Of a stretch of 64,000 nucleotides of DNA, positions 52,647-64,000 are shown piece by piece. The stretch's first letter is position 1. Each line of letters begins with the position of its first letter. Source of the DNA: Desulfatiglandales bacterium (lineage in GTDB: Bacteria > Desulfobacterota > DSM-4660 > Desulfatiglandales > HGW-15); NCBI GenBank assembly GCA_963667015.2, contig CAXXJJ010000004.1, positions 1,824,001 through 1,888,000 of the forward strand, given 5' to 3'. The notes beneath the pieces are model-generated. The model worked only from the letters and a program-made list of their open reading frames with translations. It was not told the DNA's origin and did no database searches. Position numbers and translations under genes: made by a program.

Positions 52647-52680
52647 AAAAAAGGCCCGGGAATCTGGTCCCGGGCCTTTT
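52647..52680. terminator. Intrinsic terminator, possibly bidirectional
   Basis: AAAAAAGGCCCGGGA-loop-TCCCGGGCCTTTT. Confidence 0.8.
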
Positions 52681-52690
52681 GTTTGGATTA

Positions 52691-54193
52691 TTATTTTTCT
52701 TCCGGGGCCGGAGGAGGTGCAAACCAGTCAAATTTACTTCCCTTATACTCGGGAGTTTTAGTCATTGTAAAAAGGGCGTCATTCTCATTGGCATCAAATA
52801 CCATGAATTCAGGAGCCTCTGCTGTATAGGGTGTCCATATACCGCCATCCCTGCCGTTGGGATCGCCGAATTTAGCGAAGTTGGTCCAGTAATCCACAAT
52901 CTTATTGCTTAATGCTTTATCGCCGGCAGTGAAAGGACGCCAGCTGTGTTTGAAGGAATGAAAAACATACCACAAATCCGCTGAGTGAAAAGCGCCGTTG
53001 TCATCACCCGGCAATTGGCGGGCAAACATATAAGCATATGCGGGTTTGCTGCTTTTTTCCGCACGAAGGGCACAGAAGTTACGGATGGGCTCGGTCATAT
53101 CCATCAGGTCATTCGAAGTAAAACCGAATATATAAGGGATATCGGGGATTTCATTTGCAAGTGCAGTATCGCTGAAAGAGCCTGTCAGAAAATAATTTTC
53201 AACCACCGGCCCATAGAATAACCGTGCATTTGTAGCCTTCCCGTATTCATCTGCCATTTTTGTCAGTTCATCAAAGGAAAGCGCGCGCATCTCTTCCAGT
53301 GTAGTTTTATTGAAATGGTCCATCATTGCCTTGTTGGCAGTTTGGACTGCATCAAAAGACATCGTTGGCATGCCCCCCCCTCCGGTAGCCAGGCCGCCAC
53401 CGCTCATGCTGATGGCCTTGCGGATAAGGTCTCTGGATTTGGGAGAGGCGCACAGGGTTTGGACACTGCCCGCACCGGCGCTCTGACCGAAAACCATGAT
53501 ATTCTCAGGATCGCCGCCAAACTGTTCTATATTGTTATGGATCCATTTAAGTGCAGCGGCCTGGTCCATGACTCCATAATTGCCTGAAACACCGTGAGGG
53601 CTTTCAGACGATAAAAGCGGGTGGGAGAAAAATCCGATAACGCCCAGACGATAGGTGACCGAAACCAGGATAACTCCACGTGAAGCCCAGTCTTCACCGC
53701 CGTCCATTTCCGGTTCAAAGGCAAATCCCTCACGATAACCACCTCCGTGTATCCACATGGCAACAGGCAGTTTCTTATCCGTCTGCCCCGCTGCGGGAGT
53801 CCAGACATTCAGATAGAGGCAGTCCTCGCTGAAAGGTACTGAACCGCTTGCCTGCCACTCCTTGCCGTAAAAACTTTCGGGGTCCCATGTAACCTGCGAG
53901 GCCGCATCACCGTATGTATCTGCAACCTTTACGCTCTCCCATGGGACAACAGGCTGCGGTTCTTTCCATCGCAGATTCCCCACCGGAGGTGCTGCAAAGG
54001 GAATTCCCTTATAGGCAATAATTCCCTTTGTCGGGGTTTCCACACCCACAACCTGACCGCCTTCAATGTTCAATACGGGGTTGGGGCTGGAGTCCGAAAC
54101 GGGATTGGAGTTCGACTCAGGTTCGGGTTTACTGCATGAGACCAATGCCAGGAATACGAATGCCAACAGTAGAAAAAGTAATTTTTTCATCAT
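52691..54193 (-). CDS. Type-B carboxylesterase, lipoprotein
   Basis: Lipobox LVSC; SEDCLYLNVWTP, HGGG, GQSAG, FHSADL. Confidence 0.92.
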   Translation of the reverse strand: MMKKLLFLLLAFVFLALVSCSKPEPESNSNPVSDSSPNPVLNIEGGQVVGVETPTKGIIAYKGIPFAAPPVGNLRWKEPQPVVPWESVKVADTYGDAASQVTWDPESFYGKEWQASGSVPFSEDCLYLNVWTPAAGQTDKKLPVAMWIHGGGYREGFAFEPEMDGGEDWASRGVILVSVTYRLGVIGFFSHPLLSSESPHGVSGNYGVMDQAAALKWIHNNIEQFGGDPENIMVFGQSAGAGSVQTLCASPKSRDLIRKAISMSGGGLATGGGGMPTMSFDAVQTANKAMMDHFNKTTLEEMRALSFDELTKMADEYGKATNARLFYGPVVENYFLTGSFSDTALANEIPDIPYIFGFTSNDLMDMTEPIRNFCALRAEKSSKPAYAYMFARQLPGDDNGAFHSADLWYVFHSFKHSWRPFTAGDKALSNKIVDYWTNFAKFGDPNGRDGGIWTPYTAEAPEFMVFDANENDALFTMTKTPEYKGSKFDWFAPPPAPEEK

Positions 54194-54538
54194 AATCTAA
54201 TCTCCTGAATTTGAATAAGATAAGCAGTTTTGTATACATATGTACTAAAGAAAAATATTTATTTCAAATAGTATATTCCACTGAAAATATTATGTTGCGA
54301 TTAAAAAACAGGTTCCGCATGTTTCAATCGTAAATGAGGATATTTTTTTAATTTCAATTGATAATTAAGGCGGGAATCCATTTTGTATTCTTCCGTCTTT
54401 ATTTGTCCTTCATTTATTAAAGGTCTGTCAAAGACAAAGAGTCAGGACCCTGTTGTTTTTTGTGGAATAAGGCTAATCCCGAGGCCTCACAATTCAGGCG
54501 ATGGGGCAACCCGCAATGGGCTTTTGCCCCTAAACTAT

Positions 54539-55051
54539 TCAGTTGATCAGGCTATAATATATACTGAGTGTAACAATATAAATAATTCCCCCGATTGCAC
54601 ACACCCCAAAGGCACGGGCTGTGCTTCTGTAATCAAGTGCCTGTCTAACGGCTATGATCATTGTTATAAACATCCAGATACTGGCTGCTGTAGTAGAAAT
54701 CCAGCCCAGTCCGGGAATTATACCCAGGATTCTTATCAGACCCGGTGAACTGGCAAAGCCTAAAGTTCTAAGTAACTCCCCATAATCAGCTTCCGTATGC
54801 CGTTCGGGTAAAATTTTCGTACCTATGATAAAAATAAGGTATGACCAGATCAACCATCCAATAAGTGCTGCAATGATCCCTGACAGCAGGGCTATTCCTC
54901 CTGCCCTGGCAGCACCAATACCGGTTGCGGCACTTGACAGGGTAATTACCATCACAGACTGCAATGTGGCAGTTTTATCAGCCTCGACTTCTTCATACAG
55001 GCTGACATCCAGTTTTGCAGACCTGATCATCCTTTCAACAAAAGGATTCAT
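54539..55051 (-). CDS. Yip1-family membrane protein
   Basis: YEEVEADK, LLRTLGFASSPG, AVRQALDY; multiple TM helices. Confidence 0.75.
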   Translation of the reverse strand: MNPFVERMIRSAKLDVSLYEEVEADKTATLQSVMVITLSSAATGIGAARAGGIALLSGIIAALIGWLIWSYLIFIIGTKILPERHTEADYGELLRTLGFASSPGLIRILGIIPGLGWISTTAASIWMFITMIIAVRQALDYRSTARAFGVCAIGGIIYIVTLSIYYSLIN

Positions 55052-55164
55052 AATCTCCTTCTTAATTTAAAATTAACCCATTATTCAACTTTCACTTATA
55101 TTTAGCATGCATATTTACTGATATCCGGGACCTCTTTAGTGGAAAATGAAAAGACAGGCAAACC

Positions 55165-57189
55165 TTATTTTTTTTCCAACTCTTCTTTTACCGCAATTCC
55201 AAGGTTCTTTATTGTTACCGGTTTTTTTATTAACGCCCCTGCCCCCAATCCCTGGGCTCTCTTAACTTCATCAGTCGCCGCATATCCACTGATAAGAGCT
55301 GCCTTCTGGTGAGGATGTATTTTTATTATCCTCTCAAAAGTCTCGAGGCCATTTATTCCCGGATCCATAAGCATATCAAGTAAAACCAGATCAACAGCGG
55401 TATGTTTCAGATACTCAACGGCTTCCTCACCGCTTGCAGCAGTATGTACACGGTATCCTAATTTTTCCAATATCTGACCACAGATGTGTCTCTGACCCTC
55501 AACATCATCGACAATGAGGATTTTTTGCCCATTTCCTTTTATGTCCTCAATTGTTATTTCCAAATCCTGGGTTGACAGCGCTTCTCTTGAGGCCGGGAAA
55601 TACAGCTCAAAAGTCGTACCCTTTTTTTCGCTTTCTACATTTACATATCCGTTATGTTCCCGCATAACATTCCATACAACAGCCAGCCCTAATCCCGTCC
55701 CGCTCCTGCCCATTACTTTTTTTGTAAAGAAAGGTTCAAAAATCCGTTTAAGATCTTCGGTTGATATACCTACACCCTCATCAGCTACGGATAAAACAAT
55801 GTATTCACCGGGTTTTATTTCCGGGTTTTCCTTTAATGGAGCTTCCAGAAAACAGTTTTTAGTTGATATTGTTATATTCCCTTCATCCTCAATGGCTTCA
55901 GATGCGTTTGATACAAGGTTCATAAGTGCTTTTCTTAAATGTATATATGACCCTTTTACATTTAGCAATGAATTGTCCAGGCAGGTATTGATTGCAACTC
56001 CGGGATGATACTGCTGCAGTTTTTCACACTCGGGAGATCTTAAATAATCATAGACTAAATTATTTATGTCCATATTACTTTTTTCAGTGGCTACTCCCCT
56101 GGCAATTGTGAGCAGGTCCTGGACTATGGCTGTCGCCCGGTCTCCGGCCTCTTTTATAGTTTCCAGCGGCATTTTCAGTTTGCTGTCCGCCGGCAGTCCG
56201 GATAAAAGCAGATCGGGATAGCTGACAATTCCTGCAAGGACATTGTTCAGATCATGTGCTACTCCTCCTGCCAGAAGTCCCAGAGACTCCATTGTCTGTG
56301 AACGATGGAGTTTTTCCTGAAGAACTATATTTTCCTGCTCTGCTTTTTTACGCTCGGAGATATCAATCCACATTGCCAATATATAACTTAGCTCTCCATT
56401 TTGATATATGGGCATTGTGTTTACTTCAACCCAGGAGTATTCGCCATTCTTTTTTCTATAACGTCTCTCAGCCCTGATACTGCTTTTCAGAATAATTTTC
56501 TTCGTTTCTTCAACCGAATCGTAATTCGGGTCATCAACCCACCAGGGATACGGGATTTTAACACCATGCGCCTCTTCTTTCGTAAAACCGGTGAGTTTTT
56601 CAAATAATGAATTTACATACATTATCGAAGTGTTAGGATCGGATACCAGTATCGCAATAGGGGCCTTTTCAAGAAGATTTGAACTGAATGAGTTAGCCTC
56701 TTCCAATGCCTTCTTAACCTTCTTGTGCTCTGTTATATTTCTTGTGATTTCAGTAAAGCCTGTTACCTTATCCCCTTCTTTTACCGGACAGAATATTGTT
56801 TCAAAATATCCCTCGCGTTCATCATCATTAAATTCGGCTGTAAATTTCTCTCCATTTATTGCTCTCTTCTGAAGTGATTCCCAGTATCCTCTGGCTTTGG
56901 CTTTGTCAGATATTTCAAAAGGCTGCACACCAGGTTCCATTTTTATGCCCAACAGGTTTTCGACTACTGTCTTATAACTCGAATTAAAAGCCCGTGGTAT
57001 TCCGTTGCTGTCACAAATCAAAATATAATCTTCGGTATTCTGCATTAAGACATCAAAGTATTTTTTGATCTCCTTCAGCTCATTATTTTCTTTAAGCAGT
57101 CCGGATTCAGTTTCATGTAATATTTCAATAGTTTTTTTAAGAGATGTGATTTCTTCTTCCAGTTTTTTCAGATCAGTTTTTTCAGACAT
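55165..57189 (-). CDS. PAS-domain hybrid histidine kinase / receiver
   Basis: AHDLNN H-box, NLVSNA, FEPFFTKK, GTGLGL, receiver VDD..LDM. Confidence 0.93.
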   Translation of the reverse strand: MSEKTDLKKLEEEITSLKKTIEILHETESGLLKENNELKEIKKYFDVLMQNTEDYILICDSNGIPRAFNSSYKTVVENLLGIKMEPGVQPFEISDKAKARGYWESLQKRAINGEKFTAEFNDDEREGYFETIFCPVKEGDKVTGFTEITRNITEHKKVKKALEEANSFSSNLLEKAPIAILVSDPNTSIMYVNSLFEKLTGFTKEEAHGVKIPYPWWVDDPNYDSVEETKKIILKSSIRAERRYRKKNGEYSWVEVNTMPIYQNGELSYILAMWIDISERKKAEQENIVLQEKLHRSQTMESLGLLAGGVAHDLNNVLAGIVSYPDLLLSGLPADSKLKMPLETIKEAGDRATAIVQDLLTIARGVATEKSNMDINNLVYDYLRSPECEKLQQYHPGVAINTCLDNSLLNVKGSYIHLRKALMNLVSNASEAIEDEGNITISTKNCFLEAPLKENPEIKPGEYIVLSVADEGVGISTEDLKRIFEPFFTKKVMGRSGTGLGLAVVWNVMREHNGYVNVESEKKGTTFELYFPASREALSTQDLEITIEDIKGNGQKILIVDDVEGQRHICGQILEKLGYRVHTAASGEEAVEYLKHTAVDLVLLDMLMDPGINGLETFERIIKIHPHQKAALISGYAATDEVKRAQGLGAGALIKKPVTIKNLGIAVKEELEKK

Positions 57190-57514
57190 TAAGCTGCTCC
57201 GCTTGAGAGTTGAAAATAATGAAGAAAATTTTAACTACTTGTAAAACATTTTTCTTTACAGGTAAAGAACCATGTTTTGCTTTTATTACATATGTGTATT
57301 CTTACCTTTATTTATTATATTACATAAATCAGGAAGATTGACTTATAAGTAAAAATGTATTTTTTTTAACATGACGTTCCACTGAAGGATATACCCATGG
57401 CTATCGTAATCTGATTAAAAACCTGAGCATGTATCTTATATCGGATTGAGAATAACAAACCTTGAATCTTTTTATTTTCCTCACGCTGTAAGATGGACCA
57501 CCCTTTAACGCAAC

Positions 57515-57552
57515 AAAAAAACCTTTATCCGGATCAGTCATCCGGACAAAGG
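57515..57552 (-). terminator. Terminator of the HU gene
   Basis: CCTTTATCCGGAT..ATCCGGACAAAGG stem with an A-run (U-tract on the minus strand). Confidence 0.65.
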
Positions 57553-57578
57553 CCTTTAATAAAATCTTTAAACCGATA

Positions 57579-57848
57579 CTAGTTTACAGCATCCTTTAAA
57601 GCCTTACCCGCCACAAACTTTGGTGAATTCTTGGCCTTTATCTTGATCTCTTCACCAGTCTGAGGGTTGCGGCCTTTACGAGCCTTCATCTTGGTTACCT
57701 TAAAGGTCCCGAAACCAACCAGTGTAACAGTACCCTTCTTTTTGAGGGTTTTGGTGATTGTATCGAAAATACAATCTACAACAGCCTGAGCCTCTTTCTT
57801 TGTGCTCACAGTCTTTGCCACTTCGTTTATTAAATCGCCTTTATTCAT
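57579..57848 (-). CDS. hup: HU DNA-binding protein
   Basis: MNKGDLI, GFGTF, ARKGRNPQTGEEI. Confidence 0.95.
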   Translation of the reverse strand: MNKGDLINEVAKTVSTKKEAQAVVDCIFDTITKTLKKKGTVTLVGFGTFKVTKMKARKGRNPQTGEEIKIKAKNSPKFVAGKALKDAVN

Positions 57849-57996
57849 TTTCTTGTCTCCTTGAAAAATTGTTAGTAAAGCTGACGCGGCATTATGGATA
57901 TTTACAAATAAAATTCAAGCATAAACTGAAGTCCAGTTTATTTTTCTGCCCGGCTCTATAACAAAAACAGCGTCTTTTTAATAAATATAATTTTTT

Positions 57997-58605
57997 TCAG
58001 AACCCCAATTCCTTATTTACAATGCGGGAGCAGACGTCATAGGCCAGGGCCAGAACAATATCGGGAGCAAGGAGGCCGGCAATGGATTTATCAAAAAGCA
58101 TTTTTGATTCAGGCGGAAAGTCTTCATCTCCATCCCAGAACAAAACAGCAACAGGAATACGGGGTGTTATATTGAACCTGTATGATGCATCAGCCATATC
58201 AAGCGGAATACCCTGAAGCTCTTCGCATTTTCTTTTAAAGCCCTCAATGTCATTACCGTATTTGTCAGAAATCAAAGAGGTTGGTATTTCGTGCGAAACA
58301 TTAAAGAACAGGTCGCCCCCTGGAATCTGTTTTTCAGAAATCCATTCGTTTTGAATTTCAGATTCCTTTGAATGTAAAAGGTAATGCACAATGAAAAAAT
58401 TTAATATATCACCGGGTGCAGGCATGTTATTCGTAACGCGTTTGACTGCATGTTCATGAGGCGATATCAGGTAGTCATCACCCCATATGGTAACAGTGTA
58501 AACGCATTTATCTGCGTCATAGGAACACAGGGCTCCACTGCATACATCTACGGGGTTTTTATCACCCAATTCCCGGAAAAACTGCGGATCAATCTCCATT
58601 GACAT
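57997..58605 (-). CDS. DUF3786-like protein
   Basis: IPGGDLFF, PRIPV..W.GDEDFP....LFD. Confidence 0.75.
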   Translation of the reverse strand: MSMEIDPQFFRELGDKNPVDVCSGALCSYDADKCVYTVTIWGDDYLISPHEHAVKRVTNNMPAPGDILNFFIVHYLLHSKESEIQNEWISEKQIPGGDLFFNVSHEIPTSLISDKYGNDIEGFKRKCEELQGIPLDMADASYRFNITPRIPVAVLFWDGDEDFPPESKMLFDKSIAGLLAPDIVLALAYDVCSRIVNKELGF

Positions 58606-58609
58606 GTTT

Positions 58610-59032
58610 TTATTCCTCTTCCACTGGTTTCTTAAGGTATCCCATAATCCCGTATACTGCTAATAAGAGGCAGGCGATATTCAGGACCCAACCAACAGGA
58701 ACAAGCCATGTGAAGGTTTCCTGGAGCAAATCCGGAGTTGAGCCAGACATCACTTTCTCCACACCTACTTTCATAACCAGGAGAATGCCCATAACGATTC
58801 CATAAATTACCGTTAATAAATAATACCCCGACAGGAACAGGAATACCTTGCGCGGCCTGAATCTGCCCATACACGCAAGTATGAAGGCTGCAATACTTAG
58901 AATGATAATAACGATACCTGTGACACCGGTTATTATCTGGACAAAAGAGGTCCCTGGAGTAACAGCATCAGCAAGCACCAGGACAGCATTAATACTAAAG
59001 ATGATGATATAGATCCAACCGAATATTCTCAT
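58610..59032 (-). CDS. Small membrane protein
   Basis: 140 aa, about four hydrophobic segments; RBS-like GAGG. Confidence 0.65.
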   Translation of the reverse strand: MRIFGWIYIIIFSINAVLVLADAVTPGTSFVQIITGVTGIVIIILSIAAFILACMGRFRPRKVFLFLSGYYLLTVIYGIVMGILLVMKVGVEKVMSGSTPDLLQETFTWLVPVGWVLNIACLLLAVYGIMGYLKKPVEEE

Positions 59033-59114
59033 AATTTTCCCTTTCGTTTATTGAATTAACCAGTTAGAAGTCTTTTTTATACTATGGCAAGTTAACCTTT
59101 GCCTCATCGTCAAT

Positions 59115-59255
59115 TTACTGCCGCAGAATCTTATCCATCGATTTTCCTTTTGCGAGGTCATCAATAAATTTATCCAAATAGCGTATTTTCAGCATCAGAG
59201 GATCTTCGATCTTTTCTAAGCGGATAACGCACACTAACCCCTTGATAATACAACA
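59115..59255 (-). pseudogene. C-terminal remnant of a DUF2200-family gene
   Basis: Translates [43 protein letters not shown]; an in-frame stop lies immediately upstream. Confidence 0.7.
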
Positions 59256-59343
59256 TCATGAAAATTAATAATTTTTAGTCAACCCTGTTTTTGGGCCATT
59301 TATCTTTAGGGAACAATCCTATAGTCTCCCTATACTTACACTA

Positions 59344-59482
59344 GTGCCCATCCATAAACGGCCCTTTTTGAATGGACACGGTCAGCTGTCAGCAAAATGC
59401 CTTTAAAACGGGGGTTTAGCTGATGGCTGATAGCTGAATGCTGAAAGCTCCATCCGGATTTTTGTTATTTCTGGATGGACAC
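59344..59482. mobile_element. MITE-like element with TIRs and a TACACTA duplication
   Basis: GTGCCCATCCATAAA / TTTCTGGATGGACAC; TACACTA at 59337 and 59483; internal GCTGA heptamers; half copy at 47644-47660. Confidence 0.65.
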
Positions 59483-59653
59483 TACACTAGCTTTTTGCCA
59501 GGCCTGCATGTTTAAAATCATACCTAAATACCGGGCTGACACACCGGTGCCCCAACAAAGGATATAGGTCATTAACTGGAAAATAAGGTAGCTGCCTTTA
59601 CGCAATAAGTCTTTAAAGAAACTTTATTCAAATATTTTATCAGAAATTTTGGT

Positions 59654-62600
59654 TCATCCGGATATCTTGCCTATTAAATAATTTTCATAGGCGGCTCTCA
59701 CCCTCTTAAGGCATTTATCAAGCCTGTCCAGCAATTCTTCGCCATCAGCATCTGCGCCGAGCATTCTCTTTGCCAGGGTATTTATTTCGTCTTTATTTAC
59801 AGGAAGGGTGTGGGTTTGCCTGTCCTCAAGAATCTGGAGGTAATGTTCTATTCTTCTCAGGAAAATATAATCCTGTTTTATTATCTTTGCCGATTCATAG
59901 GGAATGATATCGGCTTCAATCATTGACTCCAGTGCGAGCATGGTGTTTCCCTGTATCTGAAGACCCTTTTCGCTGGAATAAAGCAACTGAAGACCCTGTA
60001 CCATAAATTCTACATCTCTTATTCCCCCCAGACCTGATTTGACATCAATACCGCTTGAAAGACCATGTGAAATATTTTTAATGGCCTTTTTCCTCATCTT
60101 CTCTATTTCAGCACTGACAACATTCCTCTCCCATGGCTTGAGGATAAAGGATTTAATGTTTTCGAGGAAATCGTATCCCAGTCTCAGATTTCCGGCAATA
60201 GGTCTCATTTTAATGGCTGCCTGGATCTCCCAGAAAAGTGCTGAATGACTGTAGTACTCAATAATGGATGGCATTGACTGTACTATTTCGCCTGAACTTC
60301 CAAAAGGGCGCAGTCTCAGATCAACCCTGTAGGCGTATCCCTCTTCGGTATGTGATGAAAGACCGGATCGGACATCCTCAAGAATCCGGCCGGCAATTTC
60401 TTTTCTTTTATTTGACCTGGCGCCATCCGGCTGGAATATTCCGATAAGATCAATATCAGAACTGTAATTAAGTTCATTGCCGCCCAGTTTACCAAAGGCA
60501 ATAATAGAAAAATATTCATGAGGAGAAAGTGTTTCAGCACTACACTCCTTAAAATTGTCTTTCACCGACTGCTCAAATACTGCCTGGGTGCATGCCTCGG
60601 CAAGTATGGACAACTCATGCATAATAATGCGGGTGGAAATACCCATGTATATATCCCTTGTACCTATCCTCAGTATTTCACGCCTCCTGAATCTTCTGAG
60701 CTTATTAAGCCAGTCCCTCTTTCCACGGCAGCTGTCTGCAGCCTTTCTTAACTCATTTTCCAGATCTTCCCGCCTCCGCGTGGAGTTAAGAAGTTCGGGA
60801 TTGATCAGCCAGTCAAAAAATCCGGGATATCGTATAAGTGTATCCGATAAAAACTGACTGTTTGAAAAGATAGCCAGTAATATCTCAAGATGCATGGGAT
60901 GGGACAGCAGGACATTATAATGGAATTCAGGACTCGCAAGGGACCGTATATAGCGTTCCCAGTTATTAAGCGCCATATCCGGATCGGGCGATCTCTTTAT
61001 AATATCCCATGCCATGACAGCAAGCCGCCCGAAGGCTTCTCTCCGGCTCCCTCCCAGACCGGCCAGACCCTGTAAATTTGTATAGGCCCTTGCTGTATCT
61101 TTTATGCCGCTGTCTGATAATATTCGGTCTCTTATCTCAGGAGGCAGGCTGTCAGAAAGTATTACATCGGCGATTGTCCCGGTATCAGTACCCGGGAGAG
61201 AATCAAGCCCGAAATATTTTTCTGCAAAGACCCTGACTCCCGCCATATGAGTTTCAAGATCAATGTATAGCTGCTGTGCCGGGGTTATTGCCCCGCCGAT
61301 TCTATATCCCATCCTGCGGGCAAGATGTTCAAACTCGCTTGTATCCGTTTCCGGCAGAAAAAGATCAATTGCTGAGCCCCTGAGCATCCTGAGGCCGTTT
61401 ATCAGTTCACGTAAAAACCTGTATGCCTCGGCAAGACGGTCATGAATTTCATATGTCATGTAACCGTTTTCCTTAAGGGCCTTAAGTGCTGCATGGATGC
61501 TGTGGGTCCTGATATCTTTTACATCCTTTCCGTACATGACCTGCAGGGTCTGAACTCCATATTCAAGGTCCACAATCCTCCGGGACTGTACTTTGCGTTT
61601 ATCTTTCCACTGACAGTCCTTTCTTTGCACTGCCGCTCCCGCATTTCCCTGACAGCCTTGATATCAATGATGTTTGAAAAATAGACTACCTCGTCGCGAA
61701 TACTTTCGAGACGGCTTCCCAGATCTTTATCTCCTCCTATGCATCGCATCCTTACAAGTGCAAGGATTTCAATTGAATGGGCCTGGCCTCCCCCGCTGTA
61801 GTACTGGCTGAAGTTTTCCAGGCTGCATGCCAGAGGACCAGAATTCCCATGTGGGCGCAGACGTAAATCAATCTGGAAGATACCTTCACGCTTGGCCTCA
61901 ACAAACTGGTATATACCCTTTACCATCAGGTTAAAAAACTCGGCATTTGTTATTGATTTTTCCCCATCCGTTTTGCCTTTTTCCTCATATATAAATATAA
62001 GTTCAAGGTCCGAGGCATAACCAATTGCCTCGCCCCCCAGTTTCCCCAGGCCCATGATACTGTATTTTACATCAAGGCCCGAGTCGTTCTTCGGTCTTCC
62101 ATATTGAGCAATCAGATCATCATATATAATATCGGCGGTCCTGTTTATAATCAGCTCAGCAAGGCCCGTAAGCCTTCTGGCAAGAAACCTGAAATCAAGC
62201 TCGGACTCCAGTATATGATCCAGGTCAATAAGAAATGTTTCCTGGTCCTTGAACCGGTTGATTATCTTTTTGCGTTCATCAATGCTGTCAGCATCTTTAA
62301 GTTCCAGGCTTAACCTTTCAGCCATGTCGTCAACTGAATCACTCAGCCTTGTCTTTTTATCTGCGCTGTCAAATACAGTAAGGAGAGACTCGTATTGAAG
62401 CCTTATAAAATCTTCCCATAAAAAATCGCTGGCCCCCAGAAGCCTTGCAAGATCCTTAAGATTTCCGGGGTCTGTCAGATGCCTTAACCATTCGTCCCGA
62501 AAGGGCTGTCTCACGATATCTTTTATAATAACCTCAAACCTGGAAAGGGCCGCATATGGGTCAGGTGCTGTGGCAAGAAAATATGTAAACTGTTTTGTAA

Positions 62601-63441
62601 GTAATACCGAAAATTTTATTCTCTCAATTGTCTCACGATCTTCAATCTTCTTTCCCTTTGAATCGGTAAGATCAAGCCTGTCTTCCACACGCCCATGGAA
62701 TGTGCGTATCCTGACATGTTCGATCTGTATATTATTAAGGGCAAGGGCATTTGAAAGTGCGTACATAAATGCCGGGGTATCCTGAGACACAACCCTGAGC
62801 CGTGTAAATGGTCCGGCATTATTATCAACTCTCATCTCAACAGGGTACAGTACAGGTTCGGATTCTTTATCCATACGCCCCAGATGACGAACAACCATTT
62901 CATTGACCCTGTTTTTTGCCATCAGTACTGAATCATCACTACCCTCTTCAAGAAAGCTGACTATTGATCTCAGACTATCAATAAAAAGCTGTTTCCAATC
63001 CTCAAAGGATGCCGAACTGATCAGATAACCGGAAAAAAAATCAACAATCTTTCTTCTGTCTGTATGGTCGATAGATACGGAAAACTTCCTTCTTTTTCCA
63101 GCTGTTTTCTTTGTTTCTCTGCTCCTTCTTTCATAGGTGAATACATCACCTGATACAATATTGAGCCCGGTTCCGGAGAGCAATCCGGCTATAAGTGAAA
63201 ACTCTGATGGATAGTCAAAGGCAGTTACAGTACACTCTATATTTCCATCCCGCGTCTTGATAATTCTTGCATCAACAGGATTGGATTGAGAGAGAGTAGA
63301 AATTGACTTAATGTGGTTAATGACATCTTCTATATTAAATTTTTTGAAATAAACCTCTCCAAGACGATCAAAATGTCCTCTAATTATTTTTTCGTCTATT
63401 CCTGGAAGTTCGGTGATTAATGAATCGAGTTCAGGTTTCAT
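59654..63441 (-). pseudogene. glnE: Glutamine synthetase adenylyltransferase split by a 1-nt frameshift near 61572 (real lesion or sequencing error)
   Basis: Two GKLGG.E..Y.SD / DLRLRP nucleotidyltransferase domains; KYSPGGL continues as VDLEY in the other frame; downstream of glnA. Confidence 0.85.
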
Positions 63442-63506
63442 GGTGTCCTATGTTTTTTACACCTTTATACCACAGATTTTTTTTATATTCAGCGAAAAGA
63501 AAAAAT

Positions 63507-63538
63507 AAAAACCTCCAAAGGAGACCTTTGGAGGTTTT
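63507..63538 (-). terminator. Terminator after glnA
   Basis: AAAAACCTCCAAAGG-AGA-CCTTTGGAGGTTTT. Confidence 0.75.
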
Positions 63539-63626
63539 CAGTCTAAACCAGGCAGTATATGGGTTAGAAATAAATTATTTAATTTGTTGTTATCAGGGAC
63601 AGTTTACCTGCCCCTGACTGTAGAGA

Positions 63627-64000
63627 TTAAATGTCATAGTAAAGTGCAAATTCCCACGGATGCGGGCGAAGATCAATTGCCTCTACCTCTTTTTCCATCT
63701 TGTAATTGATCCATGTCTCGATAACATCAGGTGTAAAAACATCACCCTTAAGGAGATACTGATGATCAGCTGCAAGGTTATTAAGGGCTTCCCTCAGTGA
63801 TCCGGGGGTTTTTGGTACTAATGCCAGTTCTTCAGGTTCCATATCATAAATATCCCTGTCAAGCGGGTCACCCGGATCAATCTTGTTCTGGATACCGTCA
63901 ACAGCAGCCATGAGCATTGCGGAGAATGCCAGGTACGGGTTTGAGCTTGGATCAGGACATCTGAATTCCATTCTCTTTGCCTTTGGCGAGTTTGAATACA
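63627..64000 (-). CDS. glnA: Glutamine synthetase type I, C-terminal part (5'-truncated by the window)
   Basis: [40 protein letters not shown]. Confidence 0.96.
   Translation of the reverse strand, partial: YSNSPKAKRMEFRCPDPSSNPYLAFSAMLMAAVDGIQNKIDPGDPLDRDIYDMEPEELALVPKTPGSLREALNNLAADHQYLLKGDVFTPDVIETWINYKMEKEVEAIDLRPHPWEFALYYDI

Noticed and set aside
61519..61630. Programmed ribosomal frameshift in glnE
   Set aside because: No slippery heptamer or stimulatory structure at the junction; a simple 1-nt deletion explains it

Overview
About 55 kb of accessory catabolic and mobile DNA from an anaerobic bacterium (gene content suggests Desulfobacterota/deltaproteobacteria; inference), ending in core genes (HU, frameshifted glnE, partial glnA). 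Main result: two adjacent ORF pairs that the ORF track splits (10403-12190 and 12876-14588) are each most likely one gene read through an in-frame TGA in a U-x-x-C motif (H-U-S-S-C, D-U-G-S-C), each followed by a SECIS-like hairpin. They look like signal-peptide-bearing UGSC-family selenoproteins, and a third, lipoprotein paralog (33077-34918) lacks both Sec and Cys at that site. They sit among two glycyl radical enzymes with non-canonical Cys loops (GCVWP, GCVDP; no activase in the window), two AprA/AprB-like flavoprotein-ferredoxin pairs, about eight esterases/lactonases, Tat-exported cupin and redox proteins, and an amidohydrolase-aminotransferase operon. Also present: two IS110 remnants keeping a structured leader, a nucleotidyltransferase toxin-antitoxin-like pair with operator palindromes, an AT-rich 1267-aa PD-(D/E)XK protein inside ~187-bp inverted repeats, an orphan ParB-methyltransferase fusion, and many nested miniature palindromic elements. 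All calls are by eye; no database searches were run.
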